A DNA stretch of 64,000 nucleotides from Lophium mytilinum (taxonomy: Eukaryota), in NCBI GenBank assembly GCA_010093605.1, contig MU004204.1, positions 142,959-206,958 on the forward strand, read 5' to 3'. Position 1 is the first letter of the stretch. Every line of letters starts with the position of its first letter. The notes beneath the pieces were generated by a model. That model saw nothing but the letters and a program-made list of their open reading frames with translations. It had not been told where the DNA came from and searched no databases. Both the position numbers and the translations under genes were made by a program. Positions 35,476 to 48,300 of the stretch are shown here, piece after piece.

Positions 35476-37030
35476 GTTTTCTTCGCGTCGAGGAAGCAGG
35501 GGCATTTTGTTTGAGATTGAACCCGAACAGCAATCAAAATGCCGTATTGTCGATTGGCCGTCAGACGTCCGTCAACCTGTCCACGAATGGTATGCTGGCT
35601 CGACGTCTGTGCAGCTGGGAAGCTGGACGGAGGAACTCCTAGATTCCGCATATCTTTGTGATATAATTCTGGTCACTTGAGGATGATCGCAGCCTCGCAC
35701 TCTCCGCTATTTGGCTCGACCGGCGTTCTGGAAGGGCAGTGGCTTCGTGAACAGCGCTACCGGTACAGTCGTCTTTTCGACTGCGGGTAAGACGGGATCC
35801 TAGGAGTGGCCTCGTGATAAGCTCGGAGGTCTGCTTCATCAAGATGTGAATCTTAGCGCCAGGAAGCGGATACGTCTTATGTCTGAGATCGACGGTCCAC
35901 AGGAAACCAAAAGATTTAGGGCCGAACCTTAGGCCAGTATGCCCTGCGCCAGAGGGTGAGTAGACTGGCATATCTGAGCCTAGATAGAAGCAGTCGGGGT
36001 TTAGGGCGTAAAGATTGCAACTTTTGGAATCGATATTCGAGAAAGCACTCGCTGGGAATGCTGTTGAAGCTTGATGCAAGGGCTTAGGATGTGACCGCCT
36101 ACGGTAAGGCGAGGTGAGGTGCCGAAAGGACATTGATGAATGTCGTGGTCAGCAAGACGAAGAATGCTGAAGTGGAGGTCAGTATATGCAGTGAAGGATC
36201 CGGGTTGTTCGACTGGTGGGATACATACCATTGCGGCATCCCATCACGAACGATGCTCTTGTCCGGTAGAAAGTGATGACGGTTGAAGATAGTTAGGTGG
36301 CAGCGAAAAACCCCGGTCTGCTGCTCATGCTGGAGCTGACTGAACAGTACAAGAAGTCTCGTGAGGTAGGTGAGGTATGAGTAGACGTTGGCAATGATGA
36401 AAGAACTCTGAAAGAGAGTGCCGCTCTTAGTGAATGACTAGAAGTAATGAAAGGCTTAATTGAGTGGACATACCTCGAGTGATGGCAAAGGCTTGGTGGC
36501 AGAAAATGAAAGGAGAACTTGAATGGGAAGGAAGACGACGGTGACGTGCGAAGGCGTTGAGTCTTCATTTTAGTTGTTTATGTGAAGAATGGGAGCATGA
36601 GATGGAGACCTCAATATGACGGGAAGTAACAGTTGACTGGTAGGTTCTCATCAGTTCTTCCGAAGGACGACGTACTCGGCTGAAAGGTTGTCACTTACAC
36701 TTTTTTTTTTACCAAGGCTCACCCCGACCTTCTTCTGCATGTATTCAGAAATTGCAAGGAGACAGTTGAGATCTCTCGCAATTAGAGGGAACCATCTTCA
36801 CGGGAACCATCACATGTCCTGGCCCGTGATGACCATCCCCAATCTGCCTGCTTTTTCTGTTCTCGGTTTCGAAGGTACGGCGCATTTGGAGGGATAATCC
36901 TTTCGGAGGATTGAAAGGCAAATATGTAGCCCTAACACCATCGTGAACATGAGACTGATGATATTGTTTACTCGTATAATAGCCCACACTCCAGGAAAGC
37001 CATCACAGACCGGCCATAGAACACAATCCG

Positions 37031-37726
37031 CTAGTTACCCATCGGCATACCCATTGTTAGTAGTCCACCCCAATTGCCCACGAAGCCTGCCACATCATTG
37101 GCCTTCTTGCGCTTCTCTCGACTCCGCTCCTCCCTTGCATAGACGCAGACTGCAGTGAGCACCAGAAGGCCGCACCAGTCTAGGTCCCGCACGACCTGCT
37201 CCTTGTAGATTTCGAGCACTCCGAACTCGCTGACTCCCGTCTCAGCACCGGCGAATCGTGCAACGACCTCGCCAGAACCTTCCTCCACCAGCTTCAGCCT
37301 TCTGTCTGGGCTTGTTCGCCCCCCGCCGTCAGCGTCATGCTCCCACTTCAAGTTCGGATGCTCCTGTGCTGAGATATTGTACCAAGCTTTCGTATTGTTG
37401 AAGCCGCTGCCTTTCCGCTCTAGCTGGACATCTGTACCGTCAGAGTCGAGTCGGCACTCCAGGAACTTGCCTCGTACAACCTGGATAAGGCAGTGCCCTA
37501 CAACATCCGACGTCGTAGCAGGTGTAGCCTTTCCAGACCGGTGGACAACAACGTCGATTGTGTCGCGGATGGCGCGAGGCTTATTGAGGGTTATGGAGTA
37601 GGTATGATAGGTAGAGGGCGTGGGGGTAACGGTGAGCTTTCCGGACAGGGTCTGTGTCAAGTGGTAGGTAACAATTGGGTCTGCAGGAGCTTCTGGGGCC
37701 TGGGATTTGTGCTTTCGGAAGTGCAT
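37031..37726 (-). CDS. Hypothetical protein, 231 aa
   Basis: Single clean ORF with globular, beta-rich composition and a C-terminal helix (LLVLTAVCVYAREER). Confidence 0.75.
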   Translation of the reverse strand: MHFRKHKSQAPEAPADPIVTYHLTQTLSGKLTVTPTPSTYHTYSITLNKPRAIRDTIDVVVHRSGKATPATTSDVVGHCLIQVVRGKFLECRLDSDGTDVQLERKGSGFNNTKAWYNISAQEHPNLKWEHDADGGGRTSPDRRLKLVEEGSGEVVARFAGAETGVSEFGVLEIYKEQVVRDLDWCGLLVLTAVCVYAREERSREKRKKANDVAGFVGNWGGLLTMGMPMGN

Positions 37727-38307
37727 AGTGGTCTGTAGATTCGTGGTGAGGGTCCTAGATTGCCTAGAGAAAGAGAAAGCTTGTCAGGTCAGGTCAGAAA
37801 AATCTTGCGCTGCACTTGCACGATATAGTGTTCCCAGAGGCTATCAAGGACCTATACAGCGCGTGCTCAGAGAGCTGTGAGGATCCAGGATCGTCGCCTT
37901 GCAAGGTTTGTGTCCTGCTTAGGAACCTGGAGAATATTATGTCAGTGGACGATGTGCTACCCGATCGGTAGGAAAAGTGCGAGTTTGGCAAGGCTTGACG
38001 AAGTCATAATAGGCAGCGAGAGCCATCTTCGGCCATTCCTCAGCACGCAGCCTTCGTCCAGTGTTTCAAAGCGGAGTGAGAATGTGAGGTCGATGAAGTT
38101 GAGAGGCGGGACGGAGTCGAGCTGCCCCTGGCGCCAAATTGGTGTAGCGAAGCACCCCTCCAAATCTAGTCCTGTCGTTTTCTGTCTAATGACGGCACCA
38201 TATCAACTTTCGTGACCACTCCCATCGCCATCAAGCATGAAGAATATAAACCTAGGGCGGCAATCCTGTCCTGTTCCACTTCCCAACTCACGCTCCAGCT
38301 ATCCACC

Positions 38308-39219
38308 ATGCCTTTGGGTCTCTTCCTCGGCGGCTGCATTGTCGCCATCCCCGTCGTAACAGGAGTGGCCGAAGGCGTCTCGGAACAGAAAAAGCAGAAT
38401 GAGGAGGCAAATAACGAGGAGCGAATGATCAAATTCAACCTGGAGGTGTTCTGCGGTGCAGGATCGTCAAGCAAAGATCAAGTACATGGTAATATCGTGG
38501 TATTGCGGCATAATAAGGTACTCTCCCCTAATTATTAGCCTCTCTATGTATCTCGGATCGCACGATGCGACTTCAGAGCTGTTGAAAGCGTGCAGAAGCT
38601 TGTCCAGAGGCACGACTAACAGAGCGTTGCCTAGGCCTGGCTATGTCCCCAAGTACCAGAAACACATACTCCAATCCCGCAAGTCGAAGGCCTTTCCCCT
38701 CCGCTCCACCCCTTTGCGGGTTTCTATATTCAATATCCGGATGAAAACAGATCTCCACCCCAGCGGGGTCTAGTCAGCACGATCTCGGATGATCCTCCTA
38801 TGCTCAATTGGCTATATGTCGATAAAGAAACGCAAGAGATAAAGTACGGCAACCGCACCGCAAGTATCGAACACTTAGTCGGGGACTGGGACTGGACGGA
38901 AGACCACGCTGGTCTTCTATTGGAGAAGTGGGAAGGATTCGTGGCTGTTGATGAGGGCGAAGAGGGGAAGGACGGACTTAAATGGGCGCTATATTACGAC
39001 CGATACAACGACAAACTGGACAAGGGGAATCTGGTAGATGGGCAAGAAATATTGGAAGTCAGCCTGGAGCGGAAAGTGCAAAGCGCGGAACAGCAGCTTA
39101 AGCAAATGGAAGAAGCGGAGAAAAAGATGCAAGTCAAGAGCTCCGGAGGCATGAGCTCGCAGTTTACGGCTCCTGCCGCAGAGGCAAAAAGAAAGGCAGC
39201 AGCCCAGCAAAAGAATTAA
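38308..39219 (+). CDS. Fungal hypothetical protein (2 exons)
   Basis: Exons 38308-38517 and 38635-39219 (intron gtactc...actaac...tag) join in frame. Blocks HPFAGFYIQYPD, GLVSTISDDPPMLNWLYVD and WEGFVAV look conserved. Confidence 0.85.
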
Positions 39220-39692
39220 TAGCCATTACCTAACTTGGTGCTTCTTGGAGCTGGGGTGACAGCGATCTTGTTTGGAATACCATGCGTCGCCTGGCATTGA
39301 CCCAAGGTCGTCAAACGTTTTCCTTCTCATCACCTTTCCCCACATCAAATTGAACCCGGTTCCTATCCTGCACATACATGTGCGAGCTGGTGTCTTCGAG
39401 GATGCTCCACCCATTGAAGGTTTTAACGATACTTCGAGCAACCTGCCGGTTTCGGGCCGTTTCGGGCCCATATTGAGCCCTCGTGCAAGGTAATTGGATA
39501 CCCCGCGCCTCTCTTACCACATCTTCAACATATGCTCGCTAACATGCACGACTAAATATCGGTCGAAAAAGCTCGGCGTGTTTCCTTAGCTACGGCTTTA
39601 ATTAGCATTTTCAGCTCGACTGAAGCGCGACTTGATCGCTCATCAGATAATCAAACCTATTATAAACGCTCTGCAACAACCTACCGGATACC

Positions 39693-40483
39693 ATGGCGCC
39701 TACGCCTGGTCTTCTTTGTGTACGGTCCCGTATCACCTCCGAAGCGCTCTCCGATGCTGCATTCAACGACTGGTATACGAACCATCATCTCCCAGACTTC
39801 ATCTCTTCCGGCGTCGCGGACCTCGCACTCCGTTACAAGAACGCGGATGCGTCCAAGATGTGGCAGTACTTAGCACTCTACCGTGTCCCAGATATTGGCT
39901 TCCAGTCAGACCCCGAAAAAATAAAGGCAATCCGCATGAATCACGAGACGCTTCCGAACGGCGGAAACATCACGGACTTTACCGAACTGAAAGCCAACAT
40001 GTATCTGCCTATACAATCGTTCGAGGGAACAAATCCGAACACGGAGAGAGCAAAGACTCTCTTCATCGCCGAAATCGAACCAGAGCAGGGTACAGATGAG
40101 GAAGCCTTGGGGGATTTCTACGAGAAACAGGTGAGTGTGCGGAACGGTATGCACGCAAATTGTCCGAAAGCCGCTAGATTGCAGAATAAAGGAGCGATTA
40201 CTGATCTTTCTAGCACTTCCATATGCTGAGCATGCACCACCAATACCACCGCTCTAATCGCTTCAAAACAGCTGACGGGTCCAAGCCGCCCTTTGCGGCA
40301 CTCCATGAATTCGACAATGCCGACCTGGACCAGCGTATGCGGACGACAATGAATGCTACCAAGTGGGCTAAAAACATCGAGGGCAACGCGCAGATGCTAG
40401 AGATAAGCTGTTGGGAACTCATTACGGAACAAGGAAAGATAGGTGAGAATCTTATAGTAGACGCCGCTCTGAGGGTTTCGTAG
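39693..40483 (+). CDS. Hypothetical protein, probably tandem EthD-like/dimeric alpha-beta barrel
   Basis: Exons 39693-40129 and 40214-40483. Two similar halves: FNDWYTNHHLPD...YLALY and FYEKQHFHML...FAALHEF. Confidence 0.75.
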
Positions 40484-41134
40484 AATTGTAGAAGACAACC
40501 GATACGGCGATCCCCATCTTTCGACTTGAGAGTAGGTACGGAATGAGCAGTATCTGCAGAACACTTCTTGCAGATGCGTCTTGCGTATACGTTCTGACTT
40601 CCTTCCCGTCTCAACTTTGTCTTTCTCCATTACCGGCATCTTGCCAAACGTCTGGGCAGCCTTGTCCATGGCTACTGTTAGCGTCACCAATAGCTTTCAA
40701 AGATCTAGATACGGTGTAAAGTCCAAAGGATTAGAAAGAAAGCTGATTAGGGAAGCATTTTGATTCACTAGCTCATTCGCAGCAGAGCTACTCCTAGCAG
40801 TGATACTCGGAAACCAAAGTGGCACTCCAGCAATTTTGTGTCTATAAGCGCACCAGCTTGGAACGAGCTCGTCAGCTGTGAAGACGCTCCCCAAGAAGAC
40901 ACAGCTTTGCAGGTTTCAAGAAACAGAACAGTATCTATCCAAGAACGGAACTCATAATACGAGAGCTAAAGACTAGGAAGCGAGTGCGCTACTGCCGTGG
41001 GACACAGCGGCGGCTGACACCAATAAGTACTTTCAGGACCGAACCGTCATGAACATGATTGACATCTACGTAGTATGTATGGATGCTTTTGTTCCAAAAG
41101 GATTGTACACAGACCATTCGTCCAAGAAGACGCC

Positions 41135-43676
41135 CTAGTCCTCCAAAGAACTGGCCGCTTTCTCCACCAATCCAGTAATAATGCCAGCCCACCTGAAAGC
41201 ATTGCCCCGGTCCTCGTTCTCGATGCTCTCAACCAACCCGGGGAATGTCGCGCCGGCGTAGCCAGTCCAAATGCCGGGCGCGAAAACAACGTGCTTGAAC
41301 CAACTCCGTCCATCCAAGCCAGGCGCATACAAGAATTGTCTTTCCAGGAATTTGTACTTGGCGTTCACGCGGCGGACCGCGTAGTAGAGCCGCACTTTCT
41401 GCCACCATTTCCACCAAGGGATAGGGTCCTTTGCAATCTCGTCTGTCAAGGCTTGAGCCTTGGCATCAAAGGAGACGGAGACATTATGCAGGCGGTCGAT
41501 GGACTTTGTGAGGCCGTAAAACAGGGATTTCTTTGTCCAGTCTTCGTCCTCTGCCCCCATGAAGCCTGGAGTTGCCAAAGCTTTGCTTTTCACGCTTTCT
41601 AGATACCCGGCCAAACCCTTCGCATACTCTGTTGCGTTGAGCTGGATGACGGGTGTCTCAACAAGTTTGGCGGCGAGCAAGCCCCACACCTGTGCAATCG
41701 TGGCGTGGTAGTGGAAACCTGGGTCGCCGTACTTGTCCATCCAGTCGAAAGAATCGTAGTTTGAGTGATAATGATAGACCGCCGTATCGGGGCCGCCGCT
41801 GAAGCCCATATCAACGCACGGGATTCCTGCGAAATCCTGGAATGCAGTGAAGTCGGAACCAGATCCCATCGTGCTGATGTGACCGTCCCAGACGTCGCCA
41901 ACGGTCTGATTAGTGACAGTTTGGTTCGGAGATAGAACAAGGCCAACTGCGATGAAAGTTAGAACAGCATCTTGGCCGGCAAGAATTATCTTGACTTACC
42001 AGTTTCAATGAGTGCCTTGTTCAATAGAGGAGCTGCCGCAGCTCTGAAGTGTGGTCCAGTCGTACCAACATCGACATTCAGATATGCCACAGTTGATGCT
42101 GATAGCCAGGGAATGTATTCTTCCACCCATTCCGTAGAACCAATCAAGCCGTACTCCTCTCCATCCCAGCTTGCAAGTACGATAGTTCGCAGAGGCTTCC
42201 ACCCTGCCTTGAGAGCTTCACCGAAACCTCGAATGACTTCATTGAAGGCTGCGGAGCCACTGTTGGGATCTCCGGCTCCGCCAGCAATCCATGCATCTCT
42301 GTGGTTGCCTAGAACAACTACTTCGTCCGCAAGACTGCCGTTGATGATACCAATAACGTTCCACATCGGTGTTATAACGTACTCCTGCTCATTGACCAGG
42401 TTCAGGAGAAGGTTGTCCGGCGAGGGCCCAATATTGTAATCAACGCCCTTGTAGTCCAGCCCTCCACCTTGCCAGTATTTGTTGAACGACGATGCTTTCG
42501 GTCCATGCCCGTTCAATGCTTTGAGTAGGGGCAATGCGTCCACATATGATATCGGGATCGAGGGGATCTTAGGGAGAATAGTATCGACGGGCTTTCTTGG
42601 AGCGCCGGGCTTCGAAGGATAGCCTGGAGTGGTAGGATCGCCAGGAGCTATACCTTGAGAAAGTGTCAGTGTCATCTATAATACATGCATGGATGACCCA
42701 ATGGTGGACACTTACTCAAGAATTCCACGCTGCCACGTTGCACACTACTCGGCTCTCTCGCGGGTCCTTTTGGATATGTTGAATTGCCATTGTGTTTCGT
42801 TACTTCGCCATCGTCGCCTGGATCCGAGTAGATGACAGCGCCAACCATACCAAGCTCTTGCGCGCGCTTGATCTTCAGTCCTCGGAAGATCCCACCATAT
42901 TTGATGAGAGCGATCTTTCCGGCAAGGCTCACGTTTGCTGCTAGCAGTTCCTCGTAGTCTTTATAGGTCCCGTAGTTCACGAAGACGTATGGCGCAGTGA
43001 CGTTTCCAGAGGCGGAATATCCGTGGAAAGTTGGGATGCGGTCCGAGAGCCCGCTGGAGCTGTCCTCGTCCAAGACATCCTCTTCCAGGCCCGCCTCGTA
43101 TTGAACACTCCATGACGCCTTGGATCCAGTATCTACAGACTCTTCCCTCTTTGTCTTCTTGTCCTTTTCCAAGAGCGCCAATCGATGACCTTTGGGATAG
43201 TTCACGTAGATGTCGTAGTCTACAATCAAGCTGTTGGAGATGCCGAATTCCTGCCATTTCTCTTTTGTCCAAATCGCCTGCGATAGGTTCTTGCCAGCAA
43301 GATGCGGTCCGGCAGTGTAGTATTTGCTCCATTCCCTGGCCTTCGTCGCATTCGGGGTCGAGGTCAAGATGTCCTGGAGACCTTCGTATGTGAGTCCGTC
43401 GGTCTGAGGCCAGGCCTTGCTGATGCTGGCTCCCGCCCACGGGAGGTAGGATGCCCACTCTGAGCCATCTTCACCGTCAAGAGGAGTAGGTAGAGCCAGG
43501 CAAAGGAGGAAAGCGGCAACGACAAACAGAGGCACAATCGCCAGGACTAACGTGCATGCGCGGCGGACGGAGTGGTGGGAATAGCGAGGCACCGCGGGGC
43601 GGATCTGGACTACTTGGATGAGCGGTGTATTCTCGTCGGCCATGGTGGGCTTCTCATCGCTGTAGCGGCTGCTCAT
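41135..43676 (-). CDS. Glutamate carboxypeptidase II-like peptidase (M28B; PA and TfR-dimerisation domains; Vps70/Tre-like)
   Basis: Exons 43676-42716, 42653-42000, 41946-41135. N-terminal TM segment, PHLAG, YVFVNYG, GNHRDAW, GAGDPNSG, SWDGEEYGLIGSTEW, YLNVD, GSGSDFTAF, YHSNYD. Confidence 0.95.
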
Positions 43677-44401
43677 CAGAAAAAGTGAGGCGTAGATGCG
43701 ATTCGAGGCTCGTGATGTCTCGCCACGATGAAGGTAATATTACAGATGGGTGATGGAGCTCAAGCTATTCGCCAAGAAGGCACCTATCGTCATTCCGCAG
43801 CTCGAAGGCGCACGCTTCGCTGTTGCTTGTTTAGTCAGCCGCAGCGGGGACACCTCATCCCTTTCCCGTATTCTCTACTCCACTTCACTCATGCATCGAT
43901 TCCCAGGGCTCAGCAAGATCAACCACGATCGTACCCGAGATCGAACCCCCAAGCTATGATTCAGCGATAGGGCTAGAGATGTTGGCTGTCGAGTCGAGAT
44001 ATTACGCAGCAAGCCCTCACGCAGCATCCCTACCGATTTCTGAAAACGGTAACATTTATGTGCATGATTAGTGGCTGTATTGATAAAGAAAGTACCCATC
44101 TTTAAACTATGGAGAATTAGTTTGTCGAAGAATGTTTGCATGCTTCTCGTACGTTCGGGTGGTAATCAACTGGGTGAAGCTTATTGATGTTGTGATTGGA
44201 AAGAAACGTACTGTTTGGTATTGTCCATGTACTCAATAGCCAGGTCTTGTTTCCCGCCATTGCTCCAATATCTCTATAAAACCTTCACTCTGCCCTCCAA
44301 GAACTTTCCTTAAACGTTCATCTCGCTTCTGCATAAACGTCTGAATTCCCCTCAACAGCTTCATATTCTACAATCCACCAGACTCATCACAAACCACCGC
44401 A

Positions 44402-45331
44402 ATGGCCACCCAACAGACCGCCCCAACCCTCTACCTCAACACCAACGGCCATAGATATGCCTACCGCTACTTCGGCCCCGCCTCCACCCCAAACCCTCCT
44501 GTCCTCTTCCTCCAGCACTTCCGTGGAACCATGGACCATTGGGACCCAGACCTGATCAACCCCCTCGCCGCCCACCGCCCCATCTTGCTTTTCGACAACG
44601 CCGGCGTCGGTAAGTCCTCTGGCATCGTTGCCGACTCCTTCTCCGGCTGGGCCGCCCACGTCGTCGCCTTCCTCGACGCCTTCCTCCCCACAATCAACCG
44701 CACCAACGTCGACCTCCTCGGCTTCAGCATGGGCGGCATGGCGGCGCAAATGGTCGCGCTGGATACGCCACGCTTGGTGCGCAAGCTCGTGCTCGCTGGC
44801 ACCGGGGTCAGCTGGGGACCGGACGTGGAGGCCGGCGAGGTCGAAAACGTCATGCTGCTTGCTTCGGCGTCGACGGATGCGGAGGAGAAGGCGGCTTTCT
44901 TGAAGACTTTCTACTCACCAAGTGCTGAGAAGCAGGCGAGGGGTGCGCAGTGGTGGGAGAGGATGAACCAGCGACAGCTGGACGGCCGGTCGCCGTATCT
45001 GAATGCAGAGGGGACGCAGCGCCAACTCGCGGCCGTCGGGAAGTGGCTCAACCCTGAGACTGATCCTCGCGAAGCGAGCTACAAGCGTCTAGGAGAACTG
45101 AAGATGCCGGTGCTGGTAGCTAACGGGGACAACGATGTGCTCATTCCATCGCACAATAGCTGGGTACTCTCGCAGAGGATCAAGACAGCGACCCTGATGA
45201 TCTATCCGGATGTTGGACACGGTTTCCTCAATGAGCAAGCCGCGATGTTCGGCAAGCACTTGGAGCTGTTCTTGGACTCCGAGGCGGTAAATCCCTTGAG
45301 CGGAGAGCAGTACTGTGAGAATCCTTTTTGA
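44402..45331 (+). CDS. Alpha/beta hydrolase fold protein
   Basis: FLQHFRGTMDHWD, FDNAGVGKS, nucleophile elbow GFSMGG, NGDNDVL, YPDVGHGFL. Confidence 0.93.
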   Translation: MATQQTAPTLYLNTNGHRYAYRYFGPASTPNPPVLFLQHFRGTMDHWDPDLINPLAAHRPILLFDNAGVGKSSGIVADSFSGWAAHVVAFLDAFLPTINRTNVDLLGFSMGGMAAQMVALDTPRLVRKLVLAGTGVSWGPDVEAGEVENVMLLASASTDAEEKAAFLKTFYSPSAEKQARGAQWWERMNQRQLDGRSPYLNAEGTQRQLAAVGKWLNPETDPREASYKRLGELKMPVLVANGDNDVLIPSHNSWVLSQRIKTATLMIYPDVGHGFLNEQAAMFGKHLELFLDSEAVNPLSGEQYCENPF

Positions 45332-48300
45332 TTTAGTCCAAGTTCGCCAACAAGCTGCAAGTACTACTCTGGCTGACCCATCTTGCTAGAGCACTATTAT
45401 GCGCAATATGAGTTACAGGTCCTGGGACTAGGTTGCGAAGAGCCGTGGTTACAGGTAGCTTCATTTCTGATTCTGTCTGTTTTGACTATAGAACGACAAA
45501 GTTAATTCAGTAATTGTCCACTCGGTTCAAATCAAGTGTGATTGTTTCAGTGACTGGTGCTGTCTTTATGATGTTACGGGGCCTCTAGTAGACGGTGAGA
45601 TTTTCGGTTCGTATGCCACTCCTCCAACCTCCCGATCTGAAATTGCGAATCGATGCTGTCCGCGCTCCAACGGACGATGTCGGGGGTGCGCAGTACTACC
45701 GATATGTCGCACACGAGCACCGTGAAATGGATGCAAAACAAAGGCCTTTCGAAGCTCTAACAGCTACTTCTACCTCACTGAGCGCAGTGAGTGACTGCAC
45801 CATGCAATACACAGCTAAGTGTGTGCCTTCTTGACCTCTGTTTGGCCAACGCGGTGCAGCTAGCAGATGGTTGGTGAGGTGATGGCATAGTCTGCTCATC
45901 ACATGCTCTGATGACCTCACAACAGTATCCGCGTCGCGCACGGGCCCAACACTTCTCAGGCTATATGTTTAGTTTAATTTTCGTTGGCATTCAGGAAAGT
46001 TGCTGTAACCAGTATTCGTCGCCGTCGCCAGCCGTGCCGTTTGTCCAGTGGGACCCTTTCCTTTTGCCATTTTTTGCACTTTGGGTCCGAGGGTGCAGAC
46101 GAGGTTCGATCCCTGGCGAAGTTATTATTTTTTATTTTTGTTTGTATAACGTTTACGCAGATGATTGTTTCTTCTCTGAAGACACGTCCATCTTCCCCCA
46201 TTACTGATAGATCGACTGCGATGCTTTTAAAATATCGTACTTGTCGACAAAGATCCTAAAGTTTGCCCGCCTAGGCCAGCTTCCAGCTTCCAGCGAAGCC
46301 GCCTTGCACTTTTTCCGACGCAACGCTGTGTCATCCTTGCGTCCATTCTTTCCCTTCGTATATAATCACGACCAGCTTGCCTGTCCACTATCATCGCCCA
46401 CCGTCACGACTTTAGCACGCATACGCCATGTGTAGCTTTTGAGCGACGCGTCAGTCTTGCTCCACGACCACTCAGGTAACCAAAGTGTAACGTCTCCGCC
46501 TGAGATCGCCTTCATATCCACTGAAACGACAATTCCTAAGCTGAAGCCAACCCAGACGACGCGGTTATTGACTCGCGATCGGCGCCCTCAGCCTCGACCT
46601 CACATATCAATGAAGCTACGACACCCTACCGCATATACTCGAAGAACCCCTGGCATCAAATATGGAAACGGTCCGACTGTAAGCCGCTGATCTCTGTGGC
46701 ACCCGCCAGGCCCACCACGCACTGGAACAAACGACTTCAGTTCCTTCGCACACATTGCAACCACACTGGATAGTCAATCATAACGCTGCTTTCGCCTTCG
46801 ACAACTCTGGCAGTAGCAGAAAAGAGGAGGGAAGATAGGAAGGAAGGATCGATGGCGCGGAAGGGGGCCCGGCAGCATGGTTTCCATCGCCTCGTAGTCT
46901 GCGCAATGCGGTCCAGGGTGTCGACAGATCCACGCTCGAATCTTGAAAGCCACTCATCAGAGGCTGAATCGCCGTGCTGTCCTTGGTAACGCAAAGGTCA
47001 TAGATAGTGACAGGCTTCAAGTTCGTTCACAGCATGCCACGGCGAGAAGTCGCCTTATGGGTTCCAAGATGCTAGGCGCAATACAAAGTTCAATAGAGCG
47101 GAACCTGAGCGGCCTCTCGGAGGTCAGCCTCCTTGCAGCGGGGCTGCCTGTTCCTGACAATGGTGTCCAGCTTCCAAAGCAGGACGCAAGCAGTGGTATA
47201 TCCGTGTGCTCAGACTCATAGCCCAGTACTGGAAATAATCAGGCCTCTCCTCCCCCCCACGAGACTGAACGTGGACATAGACTATCAATAATACTTACTA
47301 GGTACCCTTGCGTGCCATGAACTCAGGAAGCGACAATAATCCGCTACAGGGAATGCCTCCTTTACCCCGTCTTTTAACGCAGTATTGCGTGGAGCCCCAG
47401 TCACGTGGAACTTAGATTCATTCCAACGCGAACTATCGATTCGACCTAACCGCTTCCCTTTCGCTGCTACTTAGGCCGTTCCTATATCACCGAGCCCGTC
47501 ATTACTGGGAACTTCTCCCGCCGGAGTTCCCCCGCCATTCGCTGCAACTCGTCAGTACTTTCATTTAGATTTTTGGAGATGCTTCCCATCATGGTACACT
47601 AGCCAGAATGGGACTCGCATGGAACCTTCTGCGTGATAGCGAGCTTCGAAAAAGCAACCACGGCGCCCAAGCGAAGTCGCAAGGATAACGGACATCGTCA
47701 TCTGGGGTTGAGGGATTATCAGCATTGCTCTACGCACTTTGTGTCAGAGATGGAGTCTTTCTTGAAAGCATGAGATCCTGAGTGGTCGACAAAGCTCATG
47801 CACCGCAGAAGGGTGAGCGAAGTGGCTTGTGCACAGCTTGTGCCGCTGTCAGTTTGGCCGATTGGCAGCCAGTGCAGATTCTTTTAGGGCCGTGCATTGA
47901 CATGTTGGAGCCTCTCAGACCTCTCAGACCGCAGACTTCTTCGACCTTCCACTTGCAGAACCGCTGCCGTCTACGAACGGCGACAACCGCTCAGTCGTAC
48001 GATCCGCCTTCACATGCCCACATGTACGGCGTTTTGGCGATCACGACTCCGTCCTTCTCGTCTCAGTATCACGCAAGAACCCCCCTCGGAGCTGTAACGG
48101 TGTGATTACGAACTTTCTATTTCCTCCAAGCTTCTCAGATCCACTTCCTTCCAAAGTACAGCCGATAGAAAATTCTAGCGGCCGCCGCTACCTCCCGCTC
48201 GGCGATACAATGTGAAGCCAAGGTCGCCATCACTTCGGCGCCTCCTCAGCATCCGCGGCCAACCGGCACTGAATCCACGGGCGCCGTCAAGCCTCGCTCG

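Noticed and set aside
12900..36600. Firm call as a Starship, Helitron or LTR element
   Set aside because: No tyrosine recombinase, Rep/PIF1 helicase, RT or transposase motif, and no termini or target duplication that I could identify.
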